NCBI GenBank assembly: GCA_019358935.1
Contig: JAHHIK010000002.1
Span: 64,001 to 128,000 of the forward strand
Direction: 5' to 3'
DNA length: 64,000 bases
Source: Tolypothrix carrinoi HA7290-LM1
GTDB lineage: Bacteria; Cyanobacteriota; Cyanobacteriia; Cyanobacteriales; Nostocaceae
The notes below the pieces were generated by a model. That model had not been told where the DNA came from. It worked only from the letters and a program-made list of their open reading frames with translations, and did no database searches. Position numbers and translations under genes: made by a program. Of the stretch, positions 20,510 through 31,753 are shown in pieces. Numbering within the stretch: position 1 is the first letter of the stretch; each line of letters starts with the position of its first letter.

Positions 20510-21448
20510 ATGTCCATTAGCTCCAATCAGCCGGTTGTTCTAGTTTGTGCTGCTGATAATAACTATGCCATGCCCCTAGCAGTCACAGTTCGTTCAGCCC
20601 TTGAAAATTTAGGAACTAATCAAAAAATAGCCTTATTTATTCTTGATGGAGGAATTGCTGAATCAAACAAAAATAAGATTATCAAATCACTTCAATCAGA
20701 AAAGATAAACATTTCCTGGGTGCAACCAGATAACGCACTATTTACAAATCTGGTATTAACCAGGCATCTGACACCAAGCTGCTATTATCGACTTCTGATT
20801 ACCGAATTTTTACCGCAGGAATTAAATAAAGCAATTTATTTAGATACCGATATGGTAGTCACAGGAGATTTAGGAGAAATATGGAACATTGAGATTGGCG
20901 ATGACTATGCACTAGCAGTTCAAGACGACGTGGATATGTATATATCCATGTCTGATGGTTTAAGAAACTACAAAGAAGTCGGACTTGATGGTGATGCTAA
21001 ATATTTCAATTCTGGACTTTTAGTAATTAATCTCGAAAAGTGGCGAACTGATAACATAGGCGCAAAGGTTCTCGAATATATCCAACAAAACAAAGAATAT
21101 GTTCGTAACGACCAGGATGGACTAAATGCAGTTCTTGCAGGGAAATGGCGAGAACTTCATCCCAAATGGAATCAAATGCCCAGGATATACGATTATCCAT
21201 CATGGGAAAATAGCCCTTTTCCAGAAGATGTTTACCAGGATCTGCTCGAGCAACCTTGTATTATTCACTTTACGAATACTCCCAAACCTTGGTATGCAGG
21301 AGTGAAATGTGAATGTACACATCCTAAAAAAGATTTATTCTTCCAATATCTGGATGTCACAGATTGGTCAGGCTGGCGGGATACTATCTGGAGAAGAATT
21401 GCGAGAAAATTCATGAAAATAACATCATTAAATACATCAAAGTTGTGA
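20510..21448 (+). CDS. Glycosyltransferase family 8
   Basis: YYRLL, YLDTD, YFNSGLLVINL, DQDGLN, IIHFT..PKPW. Confidence 0.92.
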   Translation: MSISSNQPVVLVCAADNNYAMPLAVTVRSALENLGTNQKIALFILDGGIAESNKNKIIKSLQSEKINISWVQPDNALFTNLVLTRHLTPSCYYRLLITEFLPQELNKAIYLDTDMVVTGDLGEIWNIEIGDDYALAVQDDVDMYISMSDGLRNYKEVGLDGDAKYFNSGLLVINLEKWRTDNIGAKVLEYIQQNKEYVRNDQDGLNAVLAGKWRELHPKWNQMPRIYDYPSWENSPFPEDVYQDLLEQPCIIHFTNTPKPWYAGVKCECTHPKKDLFFQYLDVTDWSGWRDTIWRRIARKFMKITSLNTSKL

Positions 21449-21537
21449 AAGTATAGTGATAGTAATTTTTCGGAATTATTTCTCAAGAGCGAAACTGCCA
21501 AAATAATCAAATTCATCAATTTATAGGAATAAAAACC

Positions 21538-22566
21538 ATGAAAATTCTTGTTACCGGCACTGAAGGTTATTTAGGTTCATTATTACCTCCTTTGTTAATT
21601 GAACGGGGACACGAAGTTATCGGTGTAGACACCGGATTTTATAAAGTGGGTTGGCTGTACAACGGTACTGAAGTAACGGCAAAAACCCTTAACAAAGATA
21701 TCCGTAATATCACTGGTGATGATTTGCAAGGTGTCGAAGCGATCGTTCACATGGCGGAACTCTCCAACGACCCCACCGGACAACTATCACCTACTATTAC
21801 CTACGATATCAACCATAAAGGTTCTGTTCGCCTTGCCAAACTAGCCAAAGAAGCGGGTGTGCGTCGCTTCGTATACATGTCTTCGTGCAGTGTTTACGGT
21901 GTAGCCACAGAAGGTGATGTCACCGAAGAATCATCAGTGAATCCGCAAACAGCTTACGCAGAATGCAAAACCTTAGTAGAAAGAGATGTCACACCACTAG
22001 CTGATGATGACTTCTCTCCGACTTTTATGCGAAATGCTACTGCCTTTGGTGCTTCCCCCAGAATGCGGTTTGATATTGTTTTAAACAACTTGGCAGGCTT
22101 GGCATGGACTACCAAAGAAATTAAAATGACCAGCGATGGTACACCTTGGCGTCCGTTAGTTCATGCATTAGATATTTGTAAAGCAATTGTCTGCGCGGTT
22201 GAAGCACCACGGGATATTGTACACAACCAAATCTTCAACGTTGGCGATACTACTAATAACTATCGAGTTAAAGAAATCGCGGAAATTATTGCTGATGTTT
22301 TCAAAGGTTGTAAATTATCCTTTGGCGATAGCGGTGCAGACAACCGCAGCTATCGAGTATCTTTTGAAAAAATTAACACCATCCTGCCGGGATTTAAGTG
22401 TGATTGGAATGCCCAACGTGGCGCTCAACAGTTGTTTGATTTATTCAGCCAAATCGATATGACTGAAGAAACTTTCTTATCTAGAGGTTTCACCCGTTTG
22501 AAGCAGTTAGAATATCTAATTCGCACCCAGCAAATTGACCAAGATTTCTTCTGGACGAAGAAATAA
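21538..22566 (+). CDS. NAD-dependent epimerase/dehydratase
   Basis: VTGTEGYLGS, SSCSVYG, YAECK (YxxxK). Confidence 0.92.
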   Translation: MKILVTGTEGYLGSLLPPLLIERGHEVIGVDTGFYKVGWLYNGTEVTAKTLNKDIRNITGDDLQGVEAIVHMAELSNDPTGQLSPTITYDINHKGSVRLAKLAKEAGVRRFVYMSSCSVYGVATEGDVTEESSVNPQTAYAECKTLVERDVTPLADDDFSPTFMRNATAFGASPRMRFDIVLNNLAGLAWTTKEIKMTSDGTPWRPLVHALDICKAIVCAVEAPRDIVHNQIFNVGDTTNNYRVKEIAEIIADVFKGCKLSFGDSGADNRSYRVSFEKINTILPGFKCDWNAQRGAQQLFDLFSQIDMTEETFLSRGFTRLKQLEYLIRTQQIDQDFFWTKK

Positions 22567-22784
22567 TCAGATTTTTAGATTTGCAGTTAAAAATTGTTTG
22601 AAGTTTTGGAATCAAATTAATTTGATTCAAACTTATTTACAAATCTTTTAGCTGCAAATTAAAATATTGTGTAAATTTTAATTTTAGAGATTATTATCAG
22701 GGTTGAAAAATATGATTAATTCCACATATTTACTTGCACGATAAGTCAACCTTCCACCGTCTTTTATTCAAGAAAAACTTAATA

Positions 22785-23732
22785 ATGAACAAATTACTTA
22801 CAATTGCCATTCCTACATTTAATCGTGCCCAATTTTTAGAAGAACAGTTGAATTGGTTGTCTAAAGCTATTAAAGGATTTGAGTCTGAGTGTGAAGTTAT
22901 TATTTGCGATAACTTTTCATCAGACAATACTCAAGAAGTCATTCAAAAATGGCAGCCTTTTTTCAAAAATACGACATTTATATCGCATATAAACACTGAG
23001 AACATTGGATTAATGCCTAATCTTGCTTGTTGTATAGAAAAGGCAACAAGCAAATATGTTTGGGTAATTGGTGATGACGATCCTATTCACGAAATCACCC
23101 TTGCTTCTGTAGTAAATAACCTGAAAAAATACCCAGAGATAGCATTATTAATTTTGAATTTTTCTTGGTTGAATGTAGTAACAGGACAATTAGCTTCTGA
23201 GCGTTGCTTTGATATTACAAATGAAGAAGTCAATACTAATGGAAAAGCATTGATTGAACATTATTTGCAAGAAAACTTTAGTTGTCTAGCGTTTATGACT
23301 GCTCAAGTGTATAAAACCCAAGCAGCACAGCAAGCTTTAGAAAAGTGGAGAGACAGTGCAAATAATCGAGAAGGACAAATATATTGGACTGCATTTTGTG
23401 CCCTTCAAGGAAGTGTAAAAATTACTAAAGATGTCTATGTTCAATACGCTTGTGGAATGAATTCTATTGTCGATGCAAAGCTATGGTTCAAAATGCGTTA
23501 TTCCGATTTGCCGAAAGTTTATGTAAAACTGATGGAGTTAGGATATAGCCAAACAATTTGCAGAAAATTCATTTCCAAGCACTTTGCAGAAACTAATTGG
23601 TATGTTATTTTGGGTGCTTTAAGACGATGGCCTTTTTATACAGTAAATATACTAACTCCGTATTTTAGTTTAGTAGGTGTATCGACTTGGAAAAGTTTTT
23701 TATCATCTCAGCAAGAAAAAATAAGTCTGTAA
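22785..23732 (+). CDS. Glycosyltransferase family 2 (paralog of the next gene)
   Basis: LTIAIPTFNR, ICDNFSSD, IGDDD. Confidence 0.88.
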   Translation: MNKLLTIAIPTFNRAQFLEEQLNWLSKAIKGFESECEVIICDNFSSDNTQEVIQKWQPFFKNTTFISHINTENIGLMPNLACCIEKATSKYVWVIGDDDPIHEITLASVVNNLKKYPEIALLILNFSWLNVVTGQLASERCFDITNEEVNTNGKALIEHYLQENFSCLAFMTAQVYKTQAAQQALEKWRDSANNREGQIYWTAFCALQGSVKITKDVYVQYACGMNSIVDAKLWFKMRYSDLPKVYVKLMELGYSQTICRKFISKHFAETNWYVILGALRRWPFYTVNILTPYFSLVGVSTWKSFLSSQQEKISL

Positions 23733-23890
23733 TTTAATCTCAGGCTCAATGATTCTATCCACTACAACATTATGAACAAATTACTCCTGATTGTGATAAT
23801 TGATCTGAATTTCCACATTAGTGACTCTAAATAATTTATAATTTTGCCAATTAAAGTTCAAACTTATTTTCTGTCGTTGGATAAAAAAAT

Positions 23891-24898
23891 ATGAATAAAT
23901 TACTCACCATTGCTATCCCTACTTACAACCGCGCCGAGTTGCTTGATAAACAATTAGCATGGCTTGCCGAAGCTATAAAAGGCTTTGAATCAGAATGTGA
24001 AATTTTTGTTTCTGATAATTGTTCACCAGACAAGACTCAAGAAGTAGTCAATAAGTGGCAAAATATTCTGAGCCACGTCACGTTTACTTATCACAAAAAT
24101 ACAGAAAATATAGGCGTGATGCGAAATATCATTCATTGCCTGAAGTCTGCAAAAACTAAATTTGTTTGGGCAATTGGTGATGATGACCCCATTCAAAAAA
24201 GAGCAGTCGCCTATACGATAAATAAAATTAAAAACACTAACGATTTATCATTATTGTTTCTCAACTTTTCTGGTCGAAACAAAATCACCGGCGAACCTGT
24301 CCATCCACCGACAATAGTTGGTAATCGTTGGTTTGATGCTGATACTGAAGATGGAAACGGTGACGGCAAAGCGATATTTGAACATTGTTATTCAAAAAGT
24401 GTCGGTGCTGTCATTTTTCTGACTGCTACGGTGTACAGAACCGACTTGGTAAAAAGCGCTTTGGAAATTTGGGAAGATGCGGCAAGTAACTGGATATCCT
24501 TAGCATATTTAGCAGGATATTGTGCTGCGAATGGCAGTGTAATCGTCACTAAAGATACTTATATGGAATGTATTGTGGGTGTTAGCTATTGGCAGAAAGA
24601 GCCAAAATCTGCACTTTTAATGCAGTACAAACACATTCCGGAAATTATTCAGAAATTTCAGCAGATTGGATATTCTAAGGAATTTTGCAACCGGATGATG
24701 TTGCATAATTTTAAAGAAGTCAATATGAAAGTGTTTTTAGGCGCTTTGAGAAGATGGCCTGCATTTGCTTTAAATGTAGGAATTAGCTTTTTGACTTTAG
24801 TAAGCTTGTCTGCTATTGGAGAAACTTTTTCTCCAAATTTAAGGATAGCTGAGTCAAGGCTTACTACTACTGAAGAATTACGAAGTTCTGAGCAATAA
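23891..24898 (+). CDS. Glycosyltransferase family 2
   Basis: LTIAIPTYNR, SDNCSPD, IGDDD. Confidence 0.9.
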   Translation: MNKLLTIAIPTYNRAELLDKQLAWLAEAIKGFESECEIFVSDNCSPDKTQEVVNKWQNILSHVTFTYHKNTENIGVMRNIIHCLKSAKTKFVWAIGDDDPIQKRAVAYTINKIKNTNDLSLLFLNFSGRNKITGEPVHPPTIVGNRWFDADTEDGNGDGKAIFEHCYSKSVGAVIFLTATVYRTDLVKSALEIWEDAASNWISLAYLAGYCAANGSVIVTKDTYMECIVGVSYWQKEPKSALLMQYKHIPEIIQKFQQIGYSKEFCNRMMLHNFKEVNMKVFLGALRRWPAFALNVGISFLTLVSLSAIGETFSPNLRIAESRLTTTEELRSSEQ

Positions 24899-24956
24899 AT
24901 CTCAAAAATGATAGCCAAAAAAATGCAAATAAATTCATGAATAAGGCGCTTTTTGT

Positions 24957-25808
24957 ATGCTTGACACCATCGCAAACAAAATATTTGAACTGAAATCAGA
25001 GTTAGGTTACAGAACTGCACTGCTGAACCATGCCAAAAATTTGCCTGCATTGGAGTCAGGCGATCGCTATATTGTTGATACTCTCCAAAAAGAAGGCGTT
25101 TACGTCACAACACTCGACGAATTAGGATTCTCCTCCACCCCACAGCTACTCAATGCTGCTTACAGTCAATTGTCCAGCATGGCAACACCTAGCTACAACA
25201 GTGCAGGTAAATTGCTTCCCAAAATTTACACAGTTACAGATTTACCTGAATTTTCTACTTGGGGACAAGAACAAAAATTGCTAAATATCGTTGAAAATTA
25301 CATCGGGCTTCCCGTTGCTTTTCAAGGTGTACATTTACGCAAAGATTTACCCAACGAAAATCAATTTGGAACGCTGCTATGGCATAAAGATTCAGAAGAC
25401 CGGAGAATGGTCAAAATAATCATTTATTTGACTGATGTCGAAGAAAAAGACGGTCCTTTTGAATATGTTCCTTTATCTTTAACTTCCTTATATAGCTTGA
25501 ATTATTATCGAATTTACCACAAGCTTTGGAAGGCAGGATATATAGGTATCAACGATGATGAATTGAAAGAAATTATCCCCAAATCAGCTTGGAAATCTTG
25601 TCCGGGACCAGCAGGTACGGTCATTTTTACAGATCCAAAAACTGCTTTACATCACGGAACCCTGCGGACAGAAGAACGGTCAGCGCTGTTTTATGTTTAC
25701 ACCGCTAACCCCCCCAAGCGACCAGAACTTTGTACCCAATACTGGGATGATACTTTTGCTAGACCAGAGTTAAGCAAAGAATCTGATTCGGTTAAACTAG
25801 GCACGTAG
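24957..25808 (+). CDS. 2OG-Fe(II) oxygenase (PhyH-like)
   Basis: WHKD (HxD), GPFEYVP, HHG...R. Confidence 0.8.
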   Translation: MLDTIANKIFELKSELGYRTALLNHAKNLPALESGDRYIVDTLQKEGVYVTTLDELGFSSTPQLLNAAYSQLSSMATPSYNSAGKLLPKIYTVTDLPEFSTWGQEQKLLNIVENYIGLPVAFQGVHLRKDLPNENQFGTLLWHKDSEDRRMVKIIIYLTDVEEKDGPFEYVPLSLTSLYSLNYYRIYHKLWKAGYIGINDDELKEIIPKSAWKSCPGPAGTVIFTDPKTALHHGTLRTEERSALFYVYTANPPKRPELCTQYWDDTFARPELSKESDSVKLGT

Positions 25809-25899
25809 TAGTATTTTATCTGCTAAAATACTTTGTCATCAGAGAATTTTCGGAAATTCCCCAGTTTCTTTTGTAGTAAATATAAAATCGAGGTTATCT

Positions 25900-26457
25900 A
25901 TGATTTTTACCGAAACTGAACTCAAAGACGCTTTCGTCATTGATTTAGAACAAAAGCCAGATCACCGTGGTTTCTTTGCCCGTACTTTTTGCGCGAAAGA
26001 GTTTGAAGAACATGGCTTAAAGCCAACGGTTGCTCAATGCAACTTATCTTACAACTATAAAAAAGGAACGCTGCGGGGAATGCACTATCAAGTTTCCCCA
26101 GCAACCGAAACAAAATTAATCCGCTGTACTCAAGGTGCTATCTACGACGTAATTATTGATATGCGTCCTGAGTCTCCGACCTTTTTATCACATTTTGGCG
26201 TGGAACTCAGCGCAGATAACCGTCGCGCTTTATACGTTCCGGAAATGTTTGCCCACGGCTATCAAGCACTTACAGATGATGCTGAAGTTGTCTATCAGGT
26301 GGGTGAATTTTATACACCTGGCTATGAACGGGGTCTGCGCTTTGATGACCCATTTTTTAACATTGAATGGCCCGTTGATGTTACCGAAGTTTCCGAGAAA
26401 GATTTAAATTGGCCCTTGATGAGAATGATGAGCGTGGGAGGCACATCTTCGAGATAA
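25900..26457 (+). CDS. rfbC: dTDP-4-dehydrorhamnose 3,5-epimerase family protein
   Basis: DHRGFF, GTLRGMHYQ, FAHGYQAL, SEKD. Confidence 0.93.
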   Translation: MIFTETELKDAFVIDLEQKPDHRGFFARTFCAKEFEEHGLKPTVAQCNLSYNYKKGTLRGMHYQVSPATETKLIRCTQGAIYDVIIDMRPESPTFLSHFGVELSADNRRALYVPEMFAHGYQALTDDAEVVYQVGEFYTPGYERGLRFDDPFFNIEWPVDVTEVSEKDLNWPLMRMMSVGGTSSR

Positions 26458-26705
26458 GAGTATAATTGTTGACAATTCACCACAATGCACCTCATTAATA
26501 CTTAGTCAAATTGATTAATTTTATTAGAGGTGCAAATTCCAAGTATCTTTCTTGGCGGTGTTAGCGGTACTCTTTATTTTTTCTTAAAAAAATAAAAGTT
26601 CGCATCGATTAGATTTTCGGGGTTTAAGGTTGTTTCCCTTTAAGAAAAACAACTTGCGAAAAAATCGCTAACAATAAACACGATCTGATGCAAGGAGTTT
26701 AATCA

Positions 26706-28019
26706 ATGATTATTGTAGATCGCGCATTACAAGCACGCGCCGAGGCAGGCAAACCGGTTAAAGTAGCCATGATTGGTGCTGGCTTCATGGGTCGAGGAAT
26801 TGCCAATCAAATTGCTAATTCAGTTCCAGGTATGGAGTTAGTTGCTATCTTCAACCGTCAAATTGATGCAGCCAAGCGAGCTTATTCGGAAGCAGGAATT
26901 GAGAATGTTCAAGTAGTTTCGACTGTAACTGAATTAGAAGACGCGATCGCCCGTGGTGAGTATGCAGTCACCGAAGATGCGATGTTGCTGTGCCAAGCTG
27001 AAGGCATCGATGCTTTAATTGAAGTCACAGGGGCAGTGGAATTTGGCGCTCAGGTGGTGATGGAAGCGATCGCCCATCGCAAGCACGTAATTATGATGAA
27101 TGCTGAACTTGATGGGACGATTGGTCCGATCTTAAAAGTATACGCTGATAAAGCAGGCGTTATTCTCAGCGCTTGCGACGGGGATCAACCAGGGGTGGAA
27201 ATGAACCTTTACCGCTTCGTCAAAAGTATTGGTTTAACTCCTTTATTGTGCGGTAATATCAAAGGACTGCAAGATCCTTATCGCAACCCGACCACACAGG
27301 AAGCATTTGCCAAACGTTGGGGTCAAAAGGCTCACATGGTAACTAGCTTTGCAGATGGCACAAAAATTTCCTTCGAGCAAGCGATCGTTGCCAACGCAAC
27401 AGGAATGACAATCGCCAAGCGGGGAATGTTGGGATATGACTTTGCAGGTCATGTCGATGAAATGACCAACATGTATGATGTTGAACAACTTAAAGAATTG
27501 GGCGGTATCGTCGATTACGTAGTTGGAGCAAAACCAGGTCCGGGTGTGTTTGTGTTTGCTACTCACGACGATCCCAAGCAACGTCACTACCTCAACTTGT
27601 ACAAATTAGGTGAAGGTCCTCTCTACAGCTTCTATACTCCTTATCACCTCTGTCATTTTGAAGTTCCACTATCGGTTGCGCGTGCTGTCTTGTTCCAGGA
27701 TGCTGTCATGTCTCCAATTGCCGGTCCGCTTGTGGATGTAGTCACCACCGCTAAAATCGACTTAAAGTCCGGAGAAACTCTCGATGGTATTGGCTACTAC
27801 ATGACCTACGGTCAATGTGAGAGTTCCAACATCGTCCAAGAGCAAAACCTCTTACCAATTGGTTTAGCCGAAGGATGTCGCCTGAAACGAGATATTGCGA
27901 AGGATCAAGTTCTCACCTACGATGATGTAGAATTGCCATCAGGCAGACTTGGCGATAAACTGCGAGCAGAGCAAAATGCTTACTTCGCTACTGGAAAAAC
28001 CCTGGCAGCAGTCGGGTAA
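26706..28019 (+). CDS. NAD(P)-dependent oxidoreductase, homoserine-dehydrogenase-like, with C-terminal SAF domain
   Basis: IGAGFMG, GDQPG, SFADGTK, RPY-like TPYHLC, LDGIG. Confidence 0.85.
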   Translation: MIIVDRALQARAEAGKPVKVAMIGAGFMGRGIANQIANSVPGMELVAIFNRQIDAAKRAYSEAGIENVQVVSTVTELEDAIARGEYAVTEDAMLLCQAEGIDALIEVTGAVEFGAQVVMEAIAHRKHVIMMNAELDGTIGPILKVYADKAGVILSACDGDQPGVEMNLYRFVKSIGLTPLLCGNIKGLQDPYRNPTTQEAFAKRWGQKAHMVTSFADGTKISFEQAIVANATGMTIAKRGMLGYDFAGHVDEMTNMYDVEQLKELGGIVDYVVGAKPGPGVFVFATHDDPKQRHYLNLYKLGEGPLYSFYTPYHLCHFEVPLSVARAVLFQDAVMSPIAGPLVDVVTTAKIDLKSGETLDGIGYYMTYGQCESSNIVQEQNLLPIGLAEGCRLKRDIAKDQVLTYDDVELPSGRLGDKLRAEQNAYFATGKTLAAVG

Positions 28020-28344
28020 TATCTTGATTTGAGAGACAGTAGTGACAAGTATTTATGTAAGGCGATCGGAATTGTCAACAATCTGCGATAAAAATCAGTA
28101 GAAGTTTATCAATTACCTTGGATGCCAATATCATAAATACAACGTTCACTACTGTCATTGTTACATTTGGGCATTACTACATATAGATAATTGTTTTTTT
28201 CATAAAGTAAAAATGCTTTTTGGAAATATTTTTATGAAGAAATAGATATAGCATAGTAAGTTCTACTGATAAGCAATAAAATTATTTTTAGGAACCAACT
28301 GCCGAGCATTTAAATAAACTTCATATCAACTTCAGGGAAAATTT

Positions 28345-29445
28345 ATGAAAATTGCTCTAGTCCATGATTACTTAACCCAGCGCGGTGGGGCAGAGCGCGT
28401 CTTTGAATTGCTGTGTAAACGATACCCAGAAGCTGACATTTTCACATCTTTGTACGATCGCCAACAAACGATTGATTTAGGCGATCGTATAGTTAACACA
28501 ACTTTCTTGCAAAGCATTCCAGGTGCAGCTAAGTATTTCCGCTTAATGGCTCCTTTTTATTTTCCTGCCTTTCGAGCCTTAGACCTGCAAGACTACGATC
28601 TGATCATCAGCAGTAGTACCAGCTTCGCCAAAGCAGTCAGAAAAAACCCAAATTCCCGCCACATTTGCTTTTGTCATAATGTTACCCGTTTCTTGTGGGA
28701 TACAGAAACTTATTTACGCGAGTATGGAGACTATCGATATTTTGCACCTTTAATCGAACAAGTCTTTGATGTCATGAGAAAGGTAGACCTGACTTATGCA
28801 CAGGAACCTGACCTTTACATTGCTAATTCTAGTATTGTAGCTCGTCGCATTCAAAAAATTTACAACAAGAAAGCTATTGTAATTAATTACCCAATTGATA
28901 CAAAAAAGTTTATTTATTCAGATATAAAAGATGAATATTATCTAGCCTCAGCCCGAATGATCAGCTATAAGCGCCTTGATATAATAGTTGAAGCTTTCAA
29001 TTGGCTGGGGTGGCGGTTATTAATATCAGGCAACGGTCCAGAACAAGAACGCTTAAAATCCAAAGCATTAGATAATATTGAGTTTTTGGGACATGTAACT
29101 GATGCACGACGCACTCAGTTGTTTTCTAGAGCTACATCTGTTATAGTGGCAGCTTTAGAAGATTACGGATTAGTTCCAGTAGAGGCTAATGCTAGTGGAA
29201 CACCAGTCATAGCTTATGGAGCAGGTGGGGTATTAGATACTCAGGTACCTGGAAAGACAGGAGTCTTTTTTAAGAGACAAACACCCGAATCTCTACAAAC
29301 CGCACTACTAGAAGCCAGGGAAATCAATTGGGATTATGCCGACATCCGCAATCATGCTGTGACACATTTTTCGGAAGAGGCATTTTTTAATCAAGTAGAG
29401 CAAGTTATTGACCAAACTTGTAGCCTACATCCATCATTCATTTAA
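28345..29445 (+). CDS. Glycosyltransferase family 4
   Basis: HDYLTQRGGAERV, EDYGLVPVEANASGTPVIA. Confidence 0.92.
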   Translation: MKIALVHDYLTQRGGAERVFELLCKRYPEADIFTSLYDRQQTIDLGDRIVNTTFLQSIPGAAKYFRLMAPFYFPAFRALDLQDYDLIISSSTSFAKAVRKNPNSRHICFCHNVTRFLWDTETYLREYGDYRYFAPLIEQVFDVMRKVDLTYAQEPDLYIANSSIVARRIQKIYNKKAIVINYPIDTKKFIYSDIKDEYYLASARMISYKRLDIIVEAFNWLGWRLLISGNGPEQERLKSKALDNIEFLGHVTDARRTQLFSRATSVIVAALEDYGLVPVEANASGTPVIAYGAGGVLDTQVPGKTGVFFKRQTPESLQTALLEAREINWDYADIRNHAVTHFSEEAFFNQVEQVIDQTCSLHPSFI

Positions 29446-29469
29446 ACTGTTAGCTAAGGGATAGTAAAC

Positions 29470-31698
29470 GTGATTCAAACTAGTAGTCTAAATCCCAATG
29501 TAAATCCAATTGCTGAAACAGAACCGGGTTACGGACAACTGTTTGCAGTTTTAATCCGGAGATTTCCTTGGTTTTTAGCAGTATTTATTGCTTCGGTAGG
29601 CGTTGCAGGTTTTTTAACTTCTAAAACACAGCCTACCTACAAAAGCACAATGCAGTTGCAGATAGAACCTAACTATCAGGGTAAACCAGAAGGAGCTGGA
29701 GCAGAAAATAAGTTTACCGAGTCTAGTGTTCAGATAGACGTTGCAACTCAGTTGAACGTGATGAAGAGTTCTGGACTTATTCAAATAGCGGTTGATAAAC
29801 TTAAGCCAGAGTATCCCGATATAACTGTAGGTGAAATTAAAGGCTCTTTAGTTCTAGAGCAATTAAGAACAAAAGAAGATAATGTTGCTACTAAAATATT
29901 CCAAGCAGACTATACCAGTACAGATCCAGATAAGACACAAAAAGTTCTAGATGCAATTCAGAAAGTTTATCTAGAATACAACATCAAACAGCAGGATGAG
30001 CGTTTAAAAAAGGGTCTGAAAAATGTCAAAGAACAGTTAAAAACGGTACGTGATGATCTGACAGCATCTGAGAGTAAACTACAACAGTTCCGCAGTAATA
30101 AGAATTTTATCGACCCAGAACAACAGGCAAAAACTCTAGAAGACGAGTTAAACAGAATTGTACAGGCACGACGCGAAACGCATTCTCTGTATGAGGAAAC
30201 TTTGGCTCGGCAAAAATCTTTAGAAGAACAACTAAAGCGTACTCCACAAAACGCTTTAGTTGCTTCTCGTCTGAGTCAGTCTACTCGCTACCAAGGGTTA
30301 CTTAACGAAATCCAAAAAACCGAACTGGCTTTAGCACAGGAACGCTTGCGTTTCACTGATGAGACTCCCAGCGTACAAAAACTGATAGAACAGCTTCAGA
30401 GCCAGAAGCAATTATTGCAACAAGAGGTAGGACGGACTTTAGGAAAAAGCACTGCTGTTAATGCTGCTGGAGACACTCTATTACAACAAGGACAGCTTGG
30501 TCAAATTGACCTCAACCTTGCCGGTCAGCTAGCAGAAACACAAACAAATAAAGCAACTTTATTTGCTCGCGATCAAACTCTGGCACCAAAAGAGATTCAG
30601 TTGCGCGAACAGCTCAAACAATACCCAGCTTTCTTGGCTGACTACAATCGCTTACAACCGAAGATACAACTTAGCCGTGAAAGGTTGCAAGACCTTTTGA
30701 AATCGGAACAGGAATTGCGGCAGGAACTTGAGAAGGGTGGATATAATTGGCAAGTTTTGGAACCACCCCAAAAAGGTCAACAAATGGGTCCCAACCTTCA
30801 GCAAAACCTTTTATTAGGTGCAGTGGTAGGGTTAATGTTGGGAGGAATTGCTGCCTTTGTCCGGGAAGCCGGTGATGATTCTGTTCATACTACTGCTGAG
30901 TTGGAGAAGCAGGTTGCCTTGCCGTTGTTGGGAACTACTCCTAAGTTGCCCCCAGCTAAACCCAGAGAATCAGTGATCAAGTTGCCTTTTGGCAAGCCAG
31001 AAGTACTAGCTCCCTGGACAATTCAGGTACTGCAATCTCCACCGCGTTGGGAATCGCTAGATTTGATTTATAAAAATATTGAACTGGTAAATACTGTTGC
31101 TACGTTCAAATCTTTGATGATCACTTCGGCTTTGCCGGATGAGGGTAAGTCCGCTCTTGCGTTGGGTCTAGCGATGAGTGCTGCCCGTTTACACAAAAGA
31201 GTATTGCTAATTGATGCAAACTTACGCGATCCCAGCCTGCACAAACAACTTAATCTGCCAAATGAACAGGGGCTTTCATCTCTGCTGTCAAGTGATGTTG
31301 CTCTACCCAACCAAATTAGTATTCAATCTTCAGGTTCATCTTACATTGATATTTTGACCGCAGGACCTGCACCTGGCGATCCAGCTAATTTATTGAGTTC
31401 CCCGCGCATGACGCAATTGATGAAAGCATTTGAGGAAAACTACGATTTAGTACTCATTGATGCTTCTCCGGTTTTGGGCATGGTGGATGCTCTACTCACA
31501 GCATCATCTTGTCGCAGCGTGGTCATGGTGGCAAGTATCGGTAGGGTAACTCGAACTCAACTGGCACAGGCTACAACGATGTTGAGTAAGTTAAACTTGG
31601 TTGGGGTTGTCGCAAATGGAGTATCTAATTCTAGCAGTACCTACGTACCCTATGTAAAGCCACAACGATTGGCGTTGAAAGGAACTGTGGAAAAATAG
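29470..31698 (+). CDS. Wzc/GumC-type polysaccharide co-polymerase (chain-length/export, BY-kinase-like domain)
   Basis: Two TM segments flanking coiled coils; ITSALPDEGKS, LIDANLRDP, LIDASP. Confidence 0.9.
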   Translation: MIQTSSLNPNVNPIAETEPGYGQLFAVLIRRFPWFLAVFIASVGVAGFLTSKTQPTYKSTMQLQIEPNYQGKPEGAGAENKFTESSVQIDVATQLNVMKSSGLIQIAVDKLKPEYPDITVGEIKGSLVLEQLRTKEDNVATKIFQADYTSTDPDKTQKVLDAIQKVYLEYNIKQQDERLKKGLKNVKEQLKTVRDDLTASESKLQQFRSNKNFIDPEQQAKTLEDELNRIVQARRETHSLYEETLARQKSLEEQLKRTPQNALVASRLSQSTRYQGLLNEIQKTELALAQERLRFTDETPSVQKLIEQLQSQKQLLQQEVGRTLGKSTAVNAAGDTLLQQGQLGQIDLNLAGQLAETQTNKATLFARDQTLAPKEIQLREQLKQYPAFLADYNRLQPKIQLSRERLQDLLKSEQELRQELEKGGYNWQVLEPPQKGQQMGPNLQQNLLLGAVVGLMLGGIAAFVREAGDDSVHTTAELEKQVALPLLGTTPKLPPAKPRESVIKLPFGKPEVLAPWTIQVLQSPPRWESLDLIYKNIELVNTVATFKSLMITSALPDEGKSALALGLAMSAARLHKRVLLIDANLRDPSLHKQLNLPNEQGLSSLLSSDVALPNQISIQSSGSSYIDILTAGPAPGDPANLLSSPRMTQLMKAFEENYDLVLIDASPVLGMVDALLTASSCRSVVMVASIGRVTRTQLAQATTMLSKLNLVGVVANGVSNSSSTYVPYVKPQRLALKGTVEK

Positions 31699-31753
31699 GT
31701 AGATATTTGCAAGTGGGCGTTTTGCTGAATATAAGCGGCATTCCCAAGCGATC

